The translations under genes and the position numbers were made by a program. 64,000 nt of DNA, from the NCBI GenBank assembly GCA_014382705.1, contig JACNJE010000101.1, positions 9,211-73,210 on the forward strand, read 5' to 3'. The notes under the pieces were generated by a model. The model worked only from the letters and a program-made list of their open reading frames with translations, was not told the DNA's origin and ran no database searches. Positions within the stretch are counted from its first letter, which is position 1. Each line of letters starts with the position of its first letter. Shown piece by piece: positions 1 to 9,980 of the stretch. Origin of the DNA: Verrucomicrobiota bacterium. GTDB lineage: Bacteria > Verrucomicrobiota > Verrucomicrobiia > Limisphaerales > UBA1096.

Positions 1-779
1 GCCCCCTCAAAAAGTTCGTCCACCTCGCCGAAACAGCGGCTGCCCAGGATGTAGACGTCGCGCCAGAAGTTCAGCAAGCCCCAGTGGGAGTTGTCGAACT
101 CGTCACTCAAAATCTCGCTGAGCACCGGCAGGAACACAAACAAACCGCCCCACAGCATCACCAGTGGCACCGGCCGCGGCATCCACGACACCAGCGCCAA
201 CAGCAACAGCCCGACCGCCACCGAGAGCAGCGCCCCGTAGCCGACGATGCCGAACGCGATCCCGTATTTTTCGCTGAAGTAGTCTCCCGGCTCCCCCAGC
301 AGGCCGTACTCGAGGAACAGCACCAGTGCCGGAAGCGTGGTCGTCAGGCTGATGAGCAGCCCGATCGCCAACAGTTTCCCGAGCGCGTAGTGGATGATGC
401 CGATCCGGCGTGACAAATAGAACATCAGGCCGCCCCGGCTGTGGTCGTTGCCGGCCAGCACCGAGCCGGCGAACGCCAGCAGAATCATCGTCACCGTGCC
501 CTGTGCCAGCATGAAATTAAGGTAAGTGGTGCCGGAACCGTCCAGGTCTTTCAGCATGTTGGTGAGCAGTTTTTCCACCTGCGGAAACTGCTGCCGGAGT
601 GTCGCCAGCAGGTAGATCGCGCCAAACATGAACAGAAAGCTCATCGACGCGACGGCAAACAGCAGCCAAAACAATTTCCGGCGGAAGACCAAATGCAGCG
701 CCGTCCGGGCAATCGGCCAAACGGCAAACCAGACTGGTCGCACTGTTGTCGTTTCGTTTTTCGGCACGGGCAGGCTCAC
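1..779 (-). CDS. ABC-2-type transporter permease (3' end lies outside the window)
   Basis: Absent from the ORF track because it has no stop in the window. Hand translation of the minus strand from GTG at 779 stays open to position 1. It shows several hydrophobic helices (LFWLLFAVASMSFLFMFGAIYLL, LLAIGLLISLTTTLPALVLF, LLSVAVGLLLLALV). A GTGA start/stop overlap links it to the upstream ABC ATPase. Confidence 0.55.
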   Translation of the reverse strand, partial: MSLPVPKNETTTVRPVWFAVWPIARTALHLVFRRKLFWLLFAVASMSFLFMFGAIYLLATLRQQFPQVEKLLTNMLKDLDGSGTTYLNFMLAQGTVTMILLAFAGSVLAGNDHSRGGLMFYLSRRIGIIHYALGKLLAIGLLISLTTTLPALVLFLEYGLLGEPGDYFSEKYGIAFGIVGYGALLSVAVGLLLLALVSWMPRPVPLVMLWGGLFVFLPVLSEILSDEFDNSHWGLLNFWRDVYILGSRCFGEVDELFEG

Positions 780-1735
780 GAGGCCACCCCGCTTTCCCCG
801 CGCTTGGCCAAGCCGACGAGCCGGCGGTACACCGTCCGCAAGTCCATCTCCTCCGGCTCGAGACCAGTCAGCGTCACCCCGGCCCGCTTGGCTAGGCGGA
901 AGAACTGCCGGCTTGCCCACTCTGCGGGAACAACCGCCCGCGCCTGGCCGGGTTCCTCCACGGGCGACACCTCCACGCCGGCCCGTTGCAGTGCCGCGAG
1001 GAAGGCGTCGTTGGCCGCGCCGTTCCCGTTTTTCCAGCGGAGCAAAAACGCGTGCGCCTGGCCCGCAAGCAATTCGTCGAGCGACCCAGAGGCGGCGACT
1101 TGGCCGTTCTCCAAGATGATCGTGTGACGGCAAACGTGCTCGATGTCGCCGAGCAGGTGCGTCGAGAACAGCAGCGACTTGCCGGGCCGCTGCGCGAGCG
1201 ACTTGAGCAACGCGAGCATCGCCGTGCGCCCGTCGGGATCCAGCCCCGAAGTCGGCTCGTCGAGCAACAGCAGATCCGGATCGTGCACCAGCGTCGCCGC
1301 CAGCTTGATGCGCTGGACCATGCCGGCGGAGTAATTCTCGAGCCGCCGATACCGCGCCTCCTCGAGGCCCAGTTGCGACAACAGCTCATGCGCGCGGCGC
1401 AACGCCAGCTTGCGCGGCATCCCATTCAACTCCCCGGACAGACCGACATACTCGATGCCGTTGAGGCCGGGCGTCACGCCTTCGCGCTCCGGCATGTAGC
1501 CGATGCGGCCACGCAGCCCGACGCCGTTCCTGGCCATGTCCGACCCGAACACCCGCGCCGTGCCGCCGGTGTGCCGGACAAGCCCGAGCAAAATCTTGAT
1601 CAGCGTCGATTTGCCCGCGCCGTTCTGCCCGACCAGCCCGATCGCCCCCGGCTCCACCGACAACGACACGCCGTCCAGCGCCAGCACGGAACCATACCGG
1701 TGAGTCAGGGACTCGATTTCAAAAAGCGGCGTCAC
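776..1735 (-). CDS. ABC transporter ATP-binding protein
   Basis: Walker A GQNGAGKST, signature-like YSAGMVQR and Walker B LLLLDEPTSGLD. The 603-aa track ORF is over-extended; I start at GTG 1735 (VTPLFEIESLTHRYG), just downstream of the glycosyltransferase stop. Confidence 0.88.
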   Translation of the reverse strand: MTPLFEIESLTHRYGSVLALDGVSLSVEPGAIGLVGQNGAGKSTLIKILLGLVRHTGGTARVFGSDMARNGVGLRGRIGYMPEREGVTPGLNGIEYVGLSGELNGMPRKLALRRAHELLSQLGLEEARYRRLENYSAGMVQRIKLAATLVHDPDLLLLDEPTSGLDPDGRTAMLALLKSLAQRPGKSLLFSTHLLGDIEHVCRHTIILENGQVAASGSLDELLAGQAHAFLLRWKNGNGAANDAFLAALQRAGVEVSPVEEPGQARAVVPAEWASRQFFRLAKRAGVTLTGLEPEEMDLRTVYRRLVGLAKRGESGVAS

Positions 1736-1755
1736 GAACTTGATCGGCGGGCACG

Positions 1756-2871
1756 CTACACGGGGCCTGCGTCGCGCGCCATGTTTTCCAGCCAGTCGCA
1801 GGTCGGGGGCAGCACGCTCTGCCAGCGGAACCCGAACGACCGCTCCCACGCCGCCGCGCGCATCGCGTCGTATTTCGAGGGGTCGTTGGCCAGGCCGATG
1901 ACGGCCTCGGCCAGGCTCTCCGGCGTCTCGGCTTCGCTGACGAGGCCGGTTTGCCCATGCACGGTCGAGTCCACCAGCCCGCCGACCGGGTAGACCACCA
2001 CAGGCGTGCCCATCGCGTTGGCCTCGATCACGTTGAGCCCCCACCCTTCGCGCATCGACGTGTGCAGCAGCAGGTGCGCCTTTTGCAGCTCGATGTTTTT
2101 CTCCGCGTCGTCGAGGCGACCGGCGATCGTCACGGCATCCGACAGGCCAAGCTCGCCGACCTGTGCCTCGATCCGCCATTGGTCCTGCCCCCAGCCGATG
2201 ATGGTCAACTCCGCCTCGCAGCCCTGTTCGCGCAGCAACGCGAGCGTCCGCACCACGTGATCGACCCGCTTGTTCGGGGCCAACCGAGCGAGGGCAATCA
2301 GCCGCAGCGGCTTGGCCAAGCGCTTGGCCGGGAGGGTCGGCAGCGGCTCGGTGTCGGTGCCGTTTGGCCAGACGCGCACGTCGCGCACGCCGTGGCGGAT
2401 CAACTGTTGGCGGGTTGATTCCGACACGGTCCAAAACGGAACGCCGGCGTACAGCCGCTGGAAAAACCGCTCCTGCGTCTGGCCAACCGCGCTGGTCAGG
2501 CGGCCGTAAAATGCGTGCCAGATCGGCCCAAGCACCTCGTGAATGTAGGCGACGCAGTTCGTGCCGGCCCACCACGGTGCGAACCACGGGAGGCCGTGGT
2601 GCTGGTCGATCACGAGGCCGAACGGCTCGTGTTCGCGGTGGCAGCGACGCGCATGCAAAATGGACGAACCGCGTCCGCCGCCACGGATGATGCGGATGCC
2701 GTCGATCACCGTCTCCGGCTCGGCGCCTTCAAAATCGTTCGCGAACCAAATGACCTCGTGGCCACGCCGCACGAGTTCCGCCATGTGCCGCTGCGTGACC
2801 CGTTCCGCGCCGCCGGCGAGCGGGTTCTCCGGGTCGCGCCAGTTCAGCATGAGGAAACGCAGAGGCGTCAT
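1756..2871 (-). CDS. Glycosyltransferase, GT4/GT-B fold family
   Basis: C-terminal Glycos_transf_1-like region (LLLHTSMREGWGLNVIEANAMGTPVV). ATG at 2871 (MTPLRFLMLNW) overlaps the upstream stop as ATGA. Confidence 0.85.
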   Translation of the reverse strand: MTPLRFLMLNWRDPENPLAGGAERVTQRHMAELVRRGHEVIWFANDFEGAEPETVIDGIRIIRGGGRGSSILHARRCHREHEPFGLVIDQHHGLPWFAPWWAGTNCVAYIHEVLGPIWHAFYGRLTSAVGQTQERFFQRLYAGVPFWTVSESTRQQLIRHGVRDVRVWPNGTDTEPLPTLPAKRLAKPLRLIALARLAPNKRVDHVVRTLALLREQGCEAELTIIGWGQDQWRIEAQVGELGLSDAVTIAGRLDDAEKNIELQKAHLLLHTSMREGWGLNVIEANAMGTPVVVYPVGGLVDSTVHGQTGLVSEAETPESLAEAVIGLANDPSKYDAMRAAAWERSFGFRWQSVLPPTCDWLENMARDAGPV

Positions 2872-3596
2872 GCGGACAGCCCTCCAAACTGCGCAATCAT
2901 CACGGCGTTGGCGTACGGGAACGGCCGGCCGTACTCGCTGGCCAAGGCGGCTTCGGCGTCCACGGATTGCCAAGCCAGGCGGCCGGTGCGCTTGAGAAAC
3001 GTCGCCCGCTCGCTGCCGAGTTGCCCGGCGGCGATCATGCGGTCGAGCGCCGGGTTGTAGCCAAGCGGCAGCGTGATCACGAGTTGCCCGGCAGCGGCCA
3101 GCAACCCCCGGCAGGTCGTGATGGCTTGCGCGATTTTTTCGCCACTGTCGCCGTCCGCCTCGTCGTCGAACCCGATGTGCTCGAAGGTCGAGACGGACAA
3201 AATCAAATCGAACCGCTCGCCCGGCGCGAAGTCGGCGATGTCTTCGTTCACGATGCCGGGGCCGCGCTCGAACTTGTCGAGCACCGTGTGCGCGGTGTCG
3301 AGGTAATGCGGCGTGACGTTACCGACCTCGAGCACGCGTTTGTCTGCGAACCGGCGGAGGAACTCGGCGGCGACCGGCACCTCGACGGCGCGTTCGTTGG
3401 CCCACGTCATGTTGTAGCGGTGATAACAGAGCGGCAACGTTTTGCCCTCAAAAATAAATTCGCGCCTGGCCAAGCGCGGGATGATCCACGGCGCGAACGC
3501 ACACCGCAACGGCTTGAGCAGCAGCTCGCCCGCGCCGAAGCGGCGCACAAACCAAGCGACCTTGCCAACGCCGCTGTTGTACAGGTGCGCTCCCAT
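2868..3596 (-). CDS. Putative class I SAM-dependent methyltransferase-like protein
   Basis: 242-aa ORF with an ATG start. VLEVGNV ... DLILSVSTFEHIGFD resembles methyltransferase motifs I and post-I. Translationally coupled to the GT4 gene. The function is tentative. Confidence 0.55.
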   Translation of the reverse strand: MGAHLYNSGVGKVAWFVRRFGAGELLLKPLRCAFAPWIIPRLARREFIFEGKTLPLCYHRYNMTWANERAVEVPVAAEFLRRFADKRVLEVGNVTPHYLDTAHTVLDKFERGPGIVNEDIADFAPGERFDLILSVSTFEHIGFDDEADGDSGEKIAQAITTCRGLLAAAGQLVITLPLGYNPALDRMIAAGQLGSERATFLKRTGRLAWQSVDAEAALASEYGRPFPYANAVMIAQFGGLSA

Positions 3597-3650
3597 TGTC
3601 AGTCGGACGATTTACCCGTGAACGTCATACCTTTGTGTGGTCGATCGAGC

Positions 3651-3928
3651 TCTCCCTCTCCCCAACGCTCTCCCGCTGGGAGAGTGAGTTTTGGCGTTCG
3701 CGGCACCGTCTTGGAGTGCGATTCTCTGCACCGCTTTGGGATGCTCCGGAATGCGGCAGAGACGGCCGCACTCCAAGACGCTCCTGCGACACACCAGCAC
3801 CGCTTGCCGACCGGGATACTCCGACCGAGTCTTGGGCGGGACGCCCAAGTCGGCACGCGAGACGCGTGCGCTCCCCATTCCCTCTCCCTCAGGGAGAAGG
3901 TGGCCGCAGGCCGGATGAGGGTGAACGC
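3651..3928 (+). repeat. Composite intergenic repeat cluster A (conserved end modules with internal cargo)
   Basis: Left module: CTCCCTCTCCCC..CTCTCCCGCTGGGAGAG. Right module: CCCTCTCCCTCAGGGAGAAGGTGGCCGCAGGCCGGATGAGGGTGAACGC. Both recur inverted at 32846..33056. The interior includes a 45-bp unit (3832..3876) repeated at 11889..11932. Confidence 0.75.
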
Positions 3929-3967
3929 CCGGATGTTTTTTGTGAAAAACACAGTCTGTTTGCCGGG

Positions 3968-4903
3968 TTAGGCCGGGCGCGTCGCGCTGGCGAGCAGCGT
4001 CTCGAAGTGCGGCTCCCCTTCCTCGCGCGACACGACGCTGATGTCGATCTCTCCAAAGCCGGCCGACTCGAGCCACTGGTGCAGTTCGCTCTCGGCAAAG
4101 CCCAGCCAGCGGTCGCCGAACAACTCGCGTGCCTGGTCAAACTTGTGGGCGACGAGGTCGAGAATCATCAACTGCCCGCCGGGCCGGAGGATGCGAAACG
4201 CGCTGGCGATCGCCTGCGCCGGTTCCTCGGCGTGGTGCAGCGCCTGGCTGAGGATTGCGAGATCCACCGACGCGTCGTCGATCGGCGGATGCTGCAGGTC
4301 GCCCTGCCGAAACTCGAGATGAGCCAAGCCGTTTCGCGCCGCCTTGGCCTGGCCAAACTTGACGATCTCCGCCGAGTTGTCCACCGCGATGACGCGTTTG
4401 CATTTGCGCGCGAGCAACTCGCTGAGCAACCCCTCGCCGGAGCCGAGGTCGGCGACGACGATCTCCGGCACGAGCCGGAGCAGCAGTTGGCCAAACGCCT
4501 GCCACGAGCGGCCCGGCCCATACACGCTGTCGAACCGGCCGGCCACATGGTTGAAATAAACAAGATCCTGATTTTCGCGCCGCTCGAGGATGCGCTTCAG
4601 GTTGACGCAGTCGGACGCGTGCTCCGGGATCTCCACCGCGCCAGCGGCCGCCAACTCCACCAACTTGCGGTTGTCCGAGCCGTTGTCCGGGGCGATGCGG
4701 TAGTAGGCGTTTTTGCCGTCGCGACTCGACGTCACGAGGCCGGCCTCCTGCATATGGCCAAGGTGCATCGAGATGCCGGACTGCCGCATATTCGTGATCT
4801 CGGTCAGCTCGCGCACCGTCAACTCGCTCTCGTTGAGCAGCGCGAGCAACCGCACCCGCGACGGGGCGGAGAGGGCGCGCAGTGACTTGAGAGTGGAGGC
4901 CAT
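3968..4903 (-). CDS. ArsR-family HTH regulator fused to a SAM-dependent methyltransferase domain
   Basis: N-terminal ArsR-like wHTH (RVRLLALLNESELTVRELTEITNMRQSGISMHLGHMQEAGLV). C-terminal methyltransferase motif I (VADLGSGEGLLSELLA) and RILRPGGQLMILD. ATG at 4903. Confidence 0.85.
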   Translation of the reverse strand: MASTLKSLRALSAPSRVRLLALLNESELTVRELTEITNMRQSGISMHLGHMQEAGLVTSSRDGKNAYYRIAPDNGSDNRKLVELAAAGAVEIPEHASDCVNLKRILERRENQDLVYFNHVAGRFDSVYGPGRSWQAFGQLLLRLVPEIVVADLGSGEGLLSELLARKCKRVIAVDNSAEIVKFGQAKAARNGLAHLEFRQGDLQHPPIDDASVDLAILSQALHHAEEPAQAIASAFRILRPGGQLMILDLVAHKFDQARELFGDRWLGFAESELHQWLESAGFGEIDISVVSREEGEPHFETLLASATRPA

Positions 4904-4955
4904 GGAGGAGTCTCGCTGGTCGCCGACGGTTGCACCCCGGCCCCGGATATTCAAG

Positions 4956-5885
4956 TCAGGCGTTGAGCACCTCGGCCGCCTTGGCCAAGCTGTCGCCGTC
5001 GCCGACGTTGAGCATCTCGGCGTCGCGATCGATCCGCCGCATGAATCCGCTCAGCGCCTTGCCCGGGCCAAGCTCGATGAATCGCGTCACGCCGCCGGCG
5101 ATCAATGCGCGGATGCACGCCTCCCATTTCACCGGCGAGGTGACTTGATCGACCATCGTGCCGGCGATCGTCCCAGCGGCGGCGTGCGCTTGGCCGGTGA
5201 CGTTGCTGTACACCGGCGTCGTCGGTTCGCGCAACTCGACCTTGGCCAAGGCCTCGGCCAAGCCGGCCTGCGCCGGTTGCATCAACGGCGAATGATACGC
5301 GCCGGCAACCGGCAACGGAATCGCGCGCTTGGCCCCGGCCGCCTTGGCCGCCTCGCAGGCGGCGTCCATTTTGTCGGCGTCGCCGGAGACGACAATTTGG
5401 CCGGGGCAATTGAGATTGGCCAAGCTCACGCCGGCCTGGTCGCAAACCGAGCGCACCGCCTCCTCGTCGAGACCGACGATCGCCGCCATCCCGCCGGCGC
5501 TCGCCTCGCACGCCTCCTGCATCAGCTCGCCCCGGCGGCGCACCACGCGAAGCCCGTCCTCAAAGCCAAGCGCATCGGCCGCGGCCAACGCGGTGAACTC
5601 ACCCAGCGACAAGCCGGCCGTCGCGTCGAACGCCAGTGACGGCACCTGCTCGCGGAGCAGTTGCAGCGCGATCCAGCCGACGAGATAAATCGCCGGTTGC
5701 GCATGCTCGGTCCGCACCAATTCCTCCTCCGGCCCGGAAAAACAAATCCCGCTCAAGCCGTAGCCCAGCACCTCGTCGGCTTGGGCAAACAACGCCTTGG
5801 CCGTGGGATGCGACTCCGCCAAGTCCCGCCCCATCCCAACCCCCTGAGCCCCCTGACCGGCAAACAGCAATGCAGTCTTCGCCAC
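4956..5885 (-). CDS. fabD: Malonyl-CoA:ACP transacylase
   Basis: LLFAGQGAQGVGMG, active-site GLSLGEF and AGAYHSPLM. Start placed at GTG 5885 (VAKTALLFAGQG), giving a typical length of about 309 aa. Confidence 0.9.
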   Translation of the reverse strand: MAKTALLFAGQGAQGVGMGRDLAESHPTAKALFAQADEVLGYGLSGICFSGPEEELVRTEHAQPAIYLVGWIALQLLREQVPSLAFDATAGLSLGEFTALAAADALGFEDGLRVVRRRGELMQEACEASAGGMAAIVGLDEEAVRSVCDQAGVSLANLNCPGQIVVSGDADKMDAACEAAKAAGAKRAIPLPVAGAYHSPLMQPAQAGLAEALAKVELREPTTPVYSNVTGQAHAAAGTIAGTMVDQVTSPVKWEACIRALIAGGVTRFIELGPGKALSGFMRRIDRDAEMLNVGDGDSLAKAAEVLNA

Positions 5886-5932
5886 GGGCAAAACGCTACC
5901 AGCGAAAAGGGGGAGTGTGGAGGGGAAACTTG

Positions 5933-6496
5933 TCAACGCGACCTGTCCGACGGCAAATCGGTGAGGTAACGCGCGTGCGTTCGGGAGGCGATGCATTTTG
6001 TGGCGGACTCTGATCCGCCGGCGGCGCGCAGCACCTCGGCAATTCCTCTGTTGGCGGTCAAATCCAGCGGAGTGCCGTACTCGCAGACTTGGTTGAGTCG
6101 AGCACCGTGGGCGATCAGGAATTTCGTCACCGCTGTGTCTTCTCGCTTGGCTGCGTTGTGCAGTGCGCTGCGGCCGTAATGGTTTCCGGTGGGCACATCC
6201 GCGCCGGCCTCGACCAGCAACCCGAGCACCGGCAGGCTGGCAAACTCCGCTGCGGCGATCAGTGGCGTGGAGCCCCGGCAATCGCGTGCATTCACGTCCG
6301 CGCCGTTGGCCAGAAGCAACCGCACGGCCCCGAGCCGGTCTTCGTCGGCGGCCCGATGCAGCGGCGTGCGGCCGAACGGGTTTCGCTGGTTCACATCGAC
6401 GCCCTTGGCCAAGAGCAGCCGGGCGGTGGCCAAGTCCGAACTGCCGACCGCCTCGTAAAGCGGCGGGTTGCCGGGAGCGTTGGTGGCATTGGCCAA
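5933..6496 (-). CDS. Ankyrin-repeat protein (about 4-5 repeats)
   Basis: Repeated G-TPLH-AA----L--V--LL--GADVN units. The track start is TTG. An in-frame signal-peptide-like ORF lies upstream beyond a TGA (see findings). Confidence 0.75.
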   Translation of the reverse strand: MANATNAPGNPPLYEAVGSSDLATARLLLAKGVDVNQRNPFGRTPLHRAADEDRLGAVRLLLANGADVNARDCRGSTPLIAAAEFASLPVLGLLVEAGADVPTGNHYGRSALHNAAKREDTAVTKFLIAHGARLNQVCEYGTPLDLTANRGIAEVLRAAGGSESATKCIASRTHARYLTDLPSDRSR

Positions 6497-6599
6497 GCTT
6501 GGCCCGCCGGTTTGCCCGGCACCTCAGCCCGCCAAGGCCCCGGCCGCTGCGGTGAGCAAAAGTCGGTGGAGGTGCGAGGCCAACATGTTTCGACGAAGG

Positions 6600-8102
6600 C
6601 TAATCCAAGGGCTTGATTGGGTAAAACTCGGGGGGGGTGCGTTGGCCGGTCATCAGTTTGCGGAGGCGCGTGACGACTTTGGGGTTGTTGGCGGCGACGT
6701 CGCTGGACTCGCTGATGTCCGCCTCCAAATCGTACAGCTGAATCTTGAGCGGGGTTTTGTTGTTTTTGCGGAGGATGTTTTGGCGGAGGGCTTTCCAGCG
6801 TCCGGCCCAGACGGCCTGCTGCCCGCCGTAGCCGGAGAATTCGCGGTAGAGGAATTTGCGCGGGCGCTGCTTTTTGCCAAGCAGCGTGTTGGCGATGCTG
6901 ATGCCGTCGATGTCGGCGGGCGTGCTGGCTTTTTCGCCGATCAAGTCGAGCAGCGTTGGCATCCAGTCCTCGAAGCCGGTCACGACGTCGGAGGTGCTGC
7001 CGGCCTTGATTTTACCGGGCCAACGGACGATGAGCGGCACGCGCACGCCGCCCTCGTACAGCGACCCCTTGAGGCCGCGCAGCGGCTTGACGCTCTCGAA
7101 GAAGTCGTAATCCACCTCGGCCTTCAGGTGCGTGGTGCCGTTGTCGGAGGTGAACACGACGATCGTGTTCTCGGCGAGGCCAAGCTCGGTGACGAGGTCG
7201 AGCACGCGGCCGATGTAGCGGTCCATCCGCGTGATCATCGCGGCGTAGGCGGCGCGCGGGGTGAAGTGCGGCGTGTAGCCGTAGCCGTTGGCCCGGGTGA
7301 ACGGCGGGTCGTCCCATTTCTGCGCGAGGTACGGCTCAAGCTCCTCGTCCGGCACGTGCAGCGCGACGTGCGGGATGAGCGTCGGGTAGTAGAGGAAGAA
7401 CGGCTTGTCGCGGTTTTTGCGGAGGAACGCCAGCGCCTGTTCGTTGATGCGGTCCGGCGCGTAGTCTTGTCCCTTGAAAATGTCGTAGCTGCGCGGGTCG
7501 GCCGGGTCGGTGCCGTTGGCCAACGAGGCATGGCCCGGCACCGGCGGGTGGTTGTTCAGCGGGACGCGCTTGAGGTTGCTCCAGAGATAATTCGGATAAT
7601 AGCTGTGCGCATGGCGCTGGCAGTTGTAGCCGAAAAACCGGTCGAAGCCTTGGTGGATCGGGTCGCCCTCCGAGCCGGGGAAGCCGAGTCCCCACTTGCC
7701 GAACGCGCCGGTGCCGTAGCCGTGGCCGCGGAGCAGCTCGGCGATCGTCTGCTCCGCTGCGGGGATGGGCCGTTGGCCTTCCGGTTTCACTTCGCCGTTG
7801 TTGCGGACGAAGGCGTGGCCGGGGTGCTTGCCGGTCATGAGCACGCAGCGCGACGGCGCACAGACGGCGTTGCCGGAGTAGTTGCGCGTGAAGCGCATCC
7901 CCTGCCTGGCCAAGCGGTCGAGGTTGGGGGTCTTGATTTTTTTCTGGCCGTAGCTGCCCAACTCAGCAAAGCCCAAGTCGTCGGCCATGATGAAAATGAT
8001 GTTCGGCTTGGCCGCCTCGGCCGGCTTGGCCAAGGCCAGCATCGCGGCAGCGGCCAAGGCCAGCTTGGCCAAGCGGGAGAGTCCGGTTTGGAAGGGTTGC
8101 AT
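6600..8102 (-). CDS. Sulfatase (arylsulfatase A family, Cys-type)
   Basis: Signal peptide, IIFIMADDLG and the formylglycine motif CAPSRCVLMTG. ATG 8102 (MQPFQTGLSRLAKLALAAAAMLA) chosen over the longer track ORF. Confidence 0.9.
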   Translation of the reverse strand: MQPFQTGLSRLAKLALAAAAMLALAKPAEAAKPNIIFIMADDLGFAELGSYGQKKIKTPNLDRLARQGMRFTRNYSGNAVCAPSRCVLMTGKHPGHAFVRNNGEVKPEGQRPIPAAEQTIAELLRGHGYGTGAFGKWGLGFPGSEGDPIHQGFDRFFGYNCQRHAHSYYPNYLWSNLKRVPLNNHPPVPGHASLANGTDPADPRSYDIFKGQDYAPDRINEQALAFLRKNRDKPFFLYYPTLIPHVALHVPDEELEPYLAQKWDDPPFTRANGYGYTPHFTPRAAYAAMITRMDRYIGRVLDLVTELGLAENTIVVFTSDNGTTHLKAEVDYDFFESVKPLRGLKGSLYEGGVRVPLIVRWPGKIKAGSTSDVVTGFEDWMPTLLDLIGEKASTPADIDGISIANTLLGKKQRPRKFLYREFSGYGGQQAVWAGRWKALRQNILRKNNKTPLKIQLYDLEADISESSDVAANNPKVVTRLRKLMTGQRTPPEFYPIKPLD

Positions 8103-8552
8103 CTGGCCGGGCAGCCTCACACAGCGGCGGGTGGCGAACAAGAAATCCTGAACGACCGGACGGCAAAAAAAAGCCGGCCAAGCCTCAGCTTGACCGGCCA
8201 AAGTTCTTTCCGGAGCGCCAAGGTTGGGGAAACCTTCAAGCTCTCCGGTGAATTGCCAGATTGATGCGATGTCAGCAAAAGTAGACATCCACGACAGCAC
8301 TCGCATCAGACACCGTGCGAACTGCGGCGAGTAGTCATCGGGCCGGTTTTTTTGTCAAGCACTTTTTTTGAGTGCCTACGACTCCCTTCCCACGATTATC
8401 GCGCATTCGTTGCCGCAAAACGGTAACTTTTGACACGGTAAGCACGTATTTTCGGGTCGGCATTGCGACTGCTCTGACACCGGCACGTTTGAGCTACGCC
8501 GTTGACGAAGGCGGCTTTTGGCCTATGTTTCCCACGTCAAATTGAATCGACC

Positions 8553-9980
8553 ATGAAAAAGACACTCATCGCAACGTTGCTCGTCTCGGCGGTCTCGCTT
8601 AGCCAAGCGGCGGATTGGCCCAACTGGCGCGGCCCGGATTACAACGGCATCTCGCAGGAAACGGACTGGTTCGAGAAATGGGGCTCGAGCGGCCCCAAGC
8701 GGCTTTGGAACGCCTCGGTCGGCACCGGCTTTGCCGCCGTCTCGGTGGCGGACGGGAGGGTGTTCACGATGGGCAACAAGTCCAACAAGGACACGGTCTA
8801 CGCGCTGGACGAGGCCACCGGCGAGACGCTCTGGAAATACACCTACAGTTCGCCACTCTCCCCCAACTCCTACGACGGCGGCCCCAACGCCACCCCGACG
8901 GTGGACGGCGACCGGGTTTACACCTTCAGCAAGGACGGGCAGGTATATTGCCTCGAGGCGGCCACGGGGAAGCGGGTCTGGTACAAAAAACTGGTCAACA
9001 CGTACAAGGTAAAGAAACCAACCTGGGGTCACGCCAGTTCGCCTTACATCACCGGGGATCGGGTGATCCTCAACGCCGGGACGCACGGCTTGGCGCTGGA
9101 CAAACACACCGGCAATTTGCTTTGGAAAACCGGAACCACCGCCGCCGGTTACGCAACGCCGGTGCCGTACGATCACTTGGGCACTCCGGCGTTGGTGATC
9201 TTCGGCAAATCCAAGGCTTACGGGGTCCGAATCCGCGATGGTGCCAAGCTGTGGAGCAAGACGTTCCAGGACCGGTACCAGACCAACGCCGCCGACCCGA
9301 TCCTTTACAACGGCAACATTTTCCTCACCACCAACTCCAAGGACGGGGAGATGATCCAGTTGCGGGGCAGTGCCGGGTCGTCGGTCCACACGCTGTGGAA
9401 AAACCGGGACATGAGCATCCATTTCAACCCGCCGGTGGTGGTGGGCGACTACCTGTACGGCTTTGACGGGCGCGTCAACAACAGCGACGACCTGCGCTGC
9501 ATCAACCTGAAAACCGGCGACACCGAGTGGTCAAAAAGCTCGATCCCGTGCGGCTCGATCATGGCCTCCGACGGCAAGCTGATCGTCCTGAGCCGCAAGG
9601 GCGACCTCTACGTCGCCGAGGCGTCGCCGAGCCGTTTCAAGCAACTGGCCAAGTCCAAGGTCCTCACCGGCACCTGCTGGACGGTGCCGGTCCTGGCCAA
9701 CCGCAGCCTCTATGTCCGCAACTCGCGCGGCACGCTCTACAAGCTGCAGATGAGCGAGCAAGTCGTCGAGCCGCAGCCGCTGGCCGTCAGCCTCAACGGT
9801 GCCCAGCTCGAGTTCTCTTGGCCGGCAAAGGGCGACTTCATCCTTGAGTCCACCGTTGCGCTTGGCCAAGCGGCCGACTGGAGCGAGGTCGGCAGCGGCA
9901 CCGCCAAGGAGGACAACCGCAACGTCGTCCGCGTCCGGCCAAGCGCGGCTCAACAATTCTTCCGGCTCCGCAGCGAATGA
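8553..9980 (+). CDS. Secreted PQQ-like beta-propeller repeat protein (BamB-like fold)
   Basis: Signal peptide [31 protein letters not shown] lead-in and repeated 'V.alD..TG...W' blades. C-terminal module of about 70 aa ending QQFFRLRSE. Confidence 0.85.
   Translation: MKKTLIATLLVSAVSLSQAADWPNWRGPDYNGISQETDWFEKWGSSGPKRLWNASVGTGFAAVSVADGRVFTMGNKSNKDTVYALDEATGETLWKYTYSSPLSPNSYDGGPNATPTVDGDRVYTFSKDGQVYCLEAATGKRVWYKKLVNTYKVKKPTWGHASSPYITGDRVILNAGTHGLALDKHTGNLLWKTGTTAAGYATPVPYDHLGTPALVIFGKSKAYGVRIRDGAKLWSKTFQDRYQTNAADPILYNGNIFLTTNSKDGEMIQLRGSAGSSVHTLWKNRDMSIHFNPPVVVGDYLYGFDGRVNNSDDLRCINLKTGDTEWSKSSIPCGSIMASDGKLIVLSRKGDLYVAEASPSRFKQLAKSKVLTGTCWTVPVLANRSLYVRNSRGTLYKLQMSEQVVEPQPLAVSLNGAQLEFSWPAKGDFILESTVALGQAADWSEVGSGTAKEDNRNVVRVRPSAAQQFFRLRSE

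Noticed and set aside
776-2587. 603-aa ORF that would fuse the ABC ATPase to a long N-terminal extension
   Set aside because: The upstream 280 codons or so overlap the GT4 gene in another frame and are Arg/Gly/Ala-rich. A GTG directly before the conserved ATPase N-terminus gives a normal-length protein.
3596-4885. 429-aa plus-strand ORF and several 75-154-aa ORFs across 3599..4140
   Set aside because: Their 5' parts are translations of the intergenic repeat cluster, giving Pro/Ser/Arg/Gly strings such as LPQGEGGRRPDEGER. Their 3' parts are antisense to the ArsR-methyltransferase gene.
6468-8264. 598-aa plus-strand ORF opposite sulfatase 1
   Set aside because: It is an antisense shadow. The minus strand has the sulfatase signature CAPSR and metal-binding motifs.
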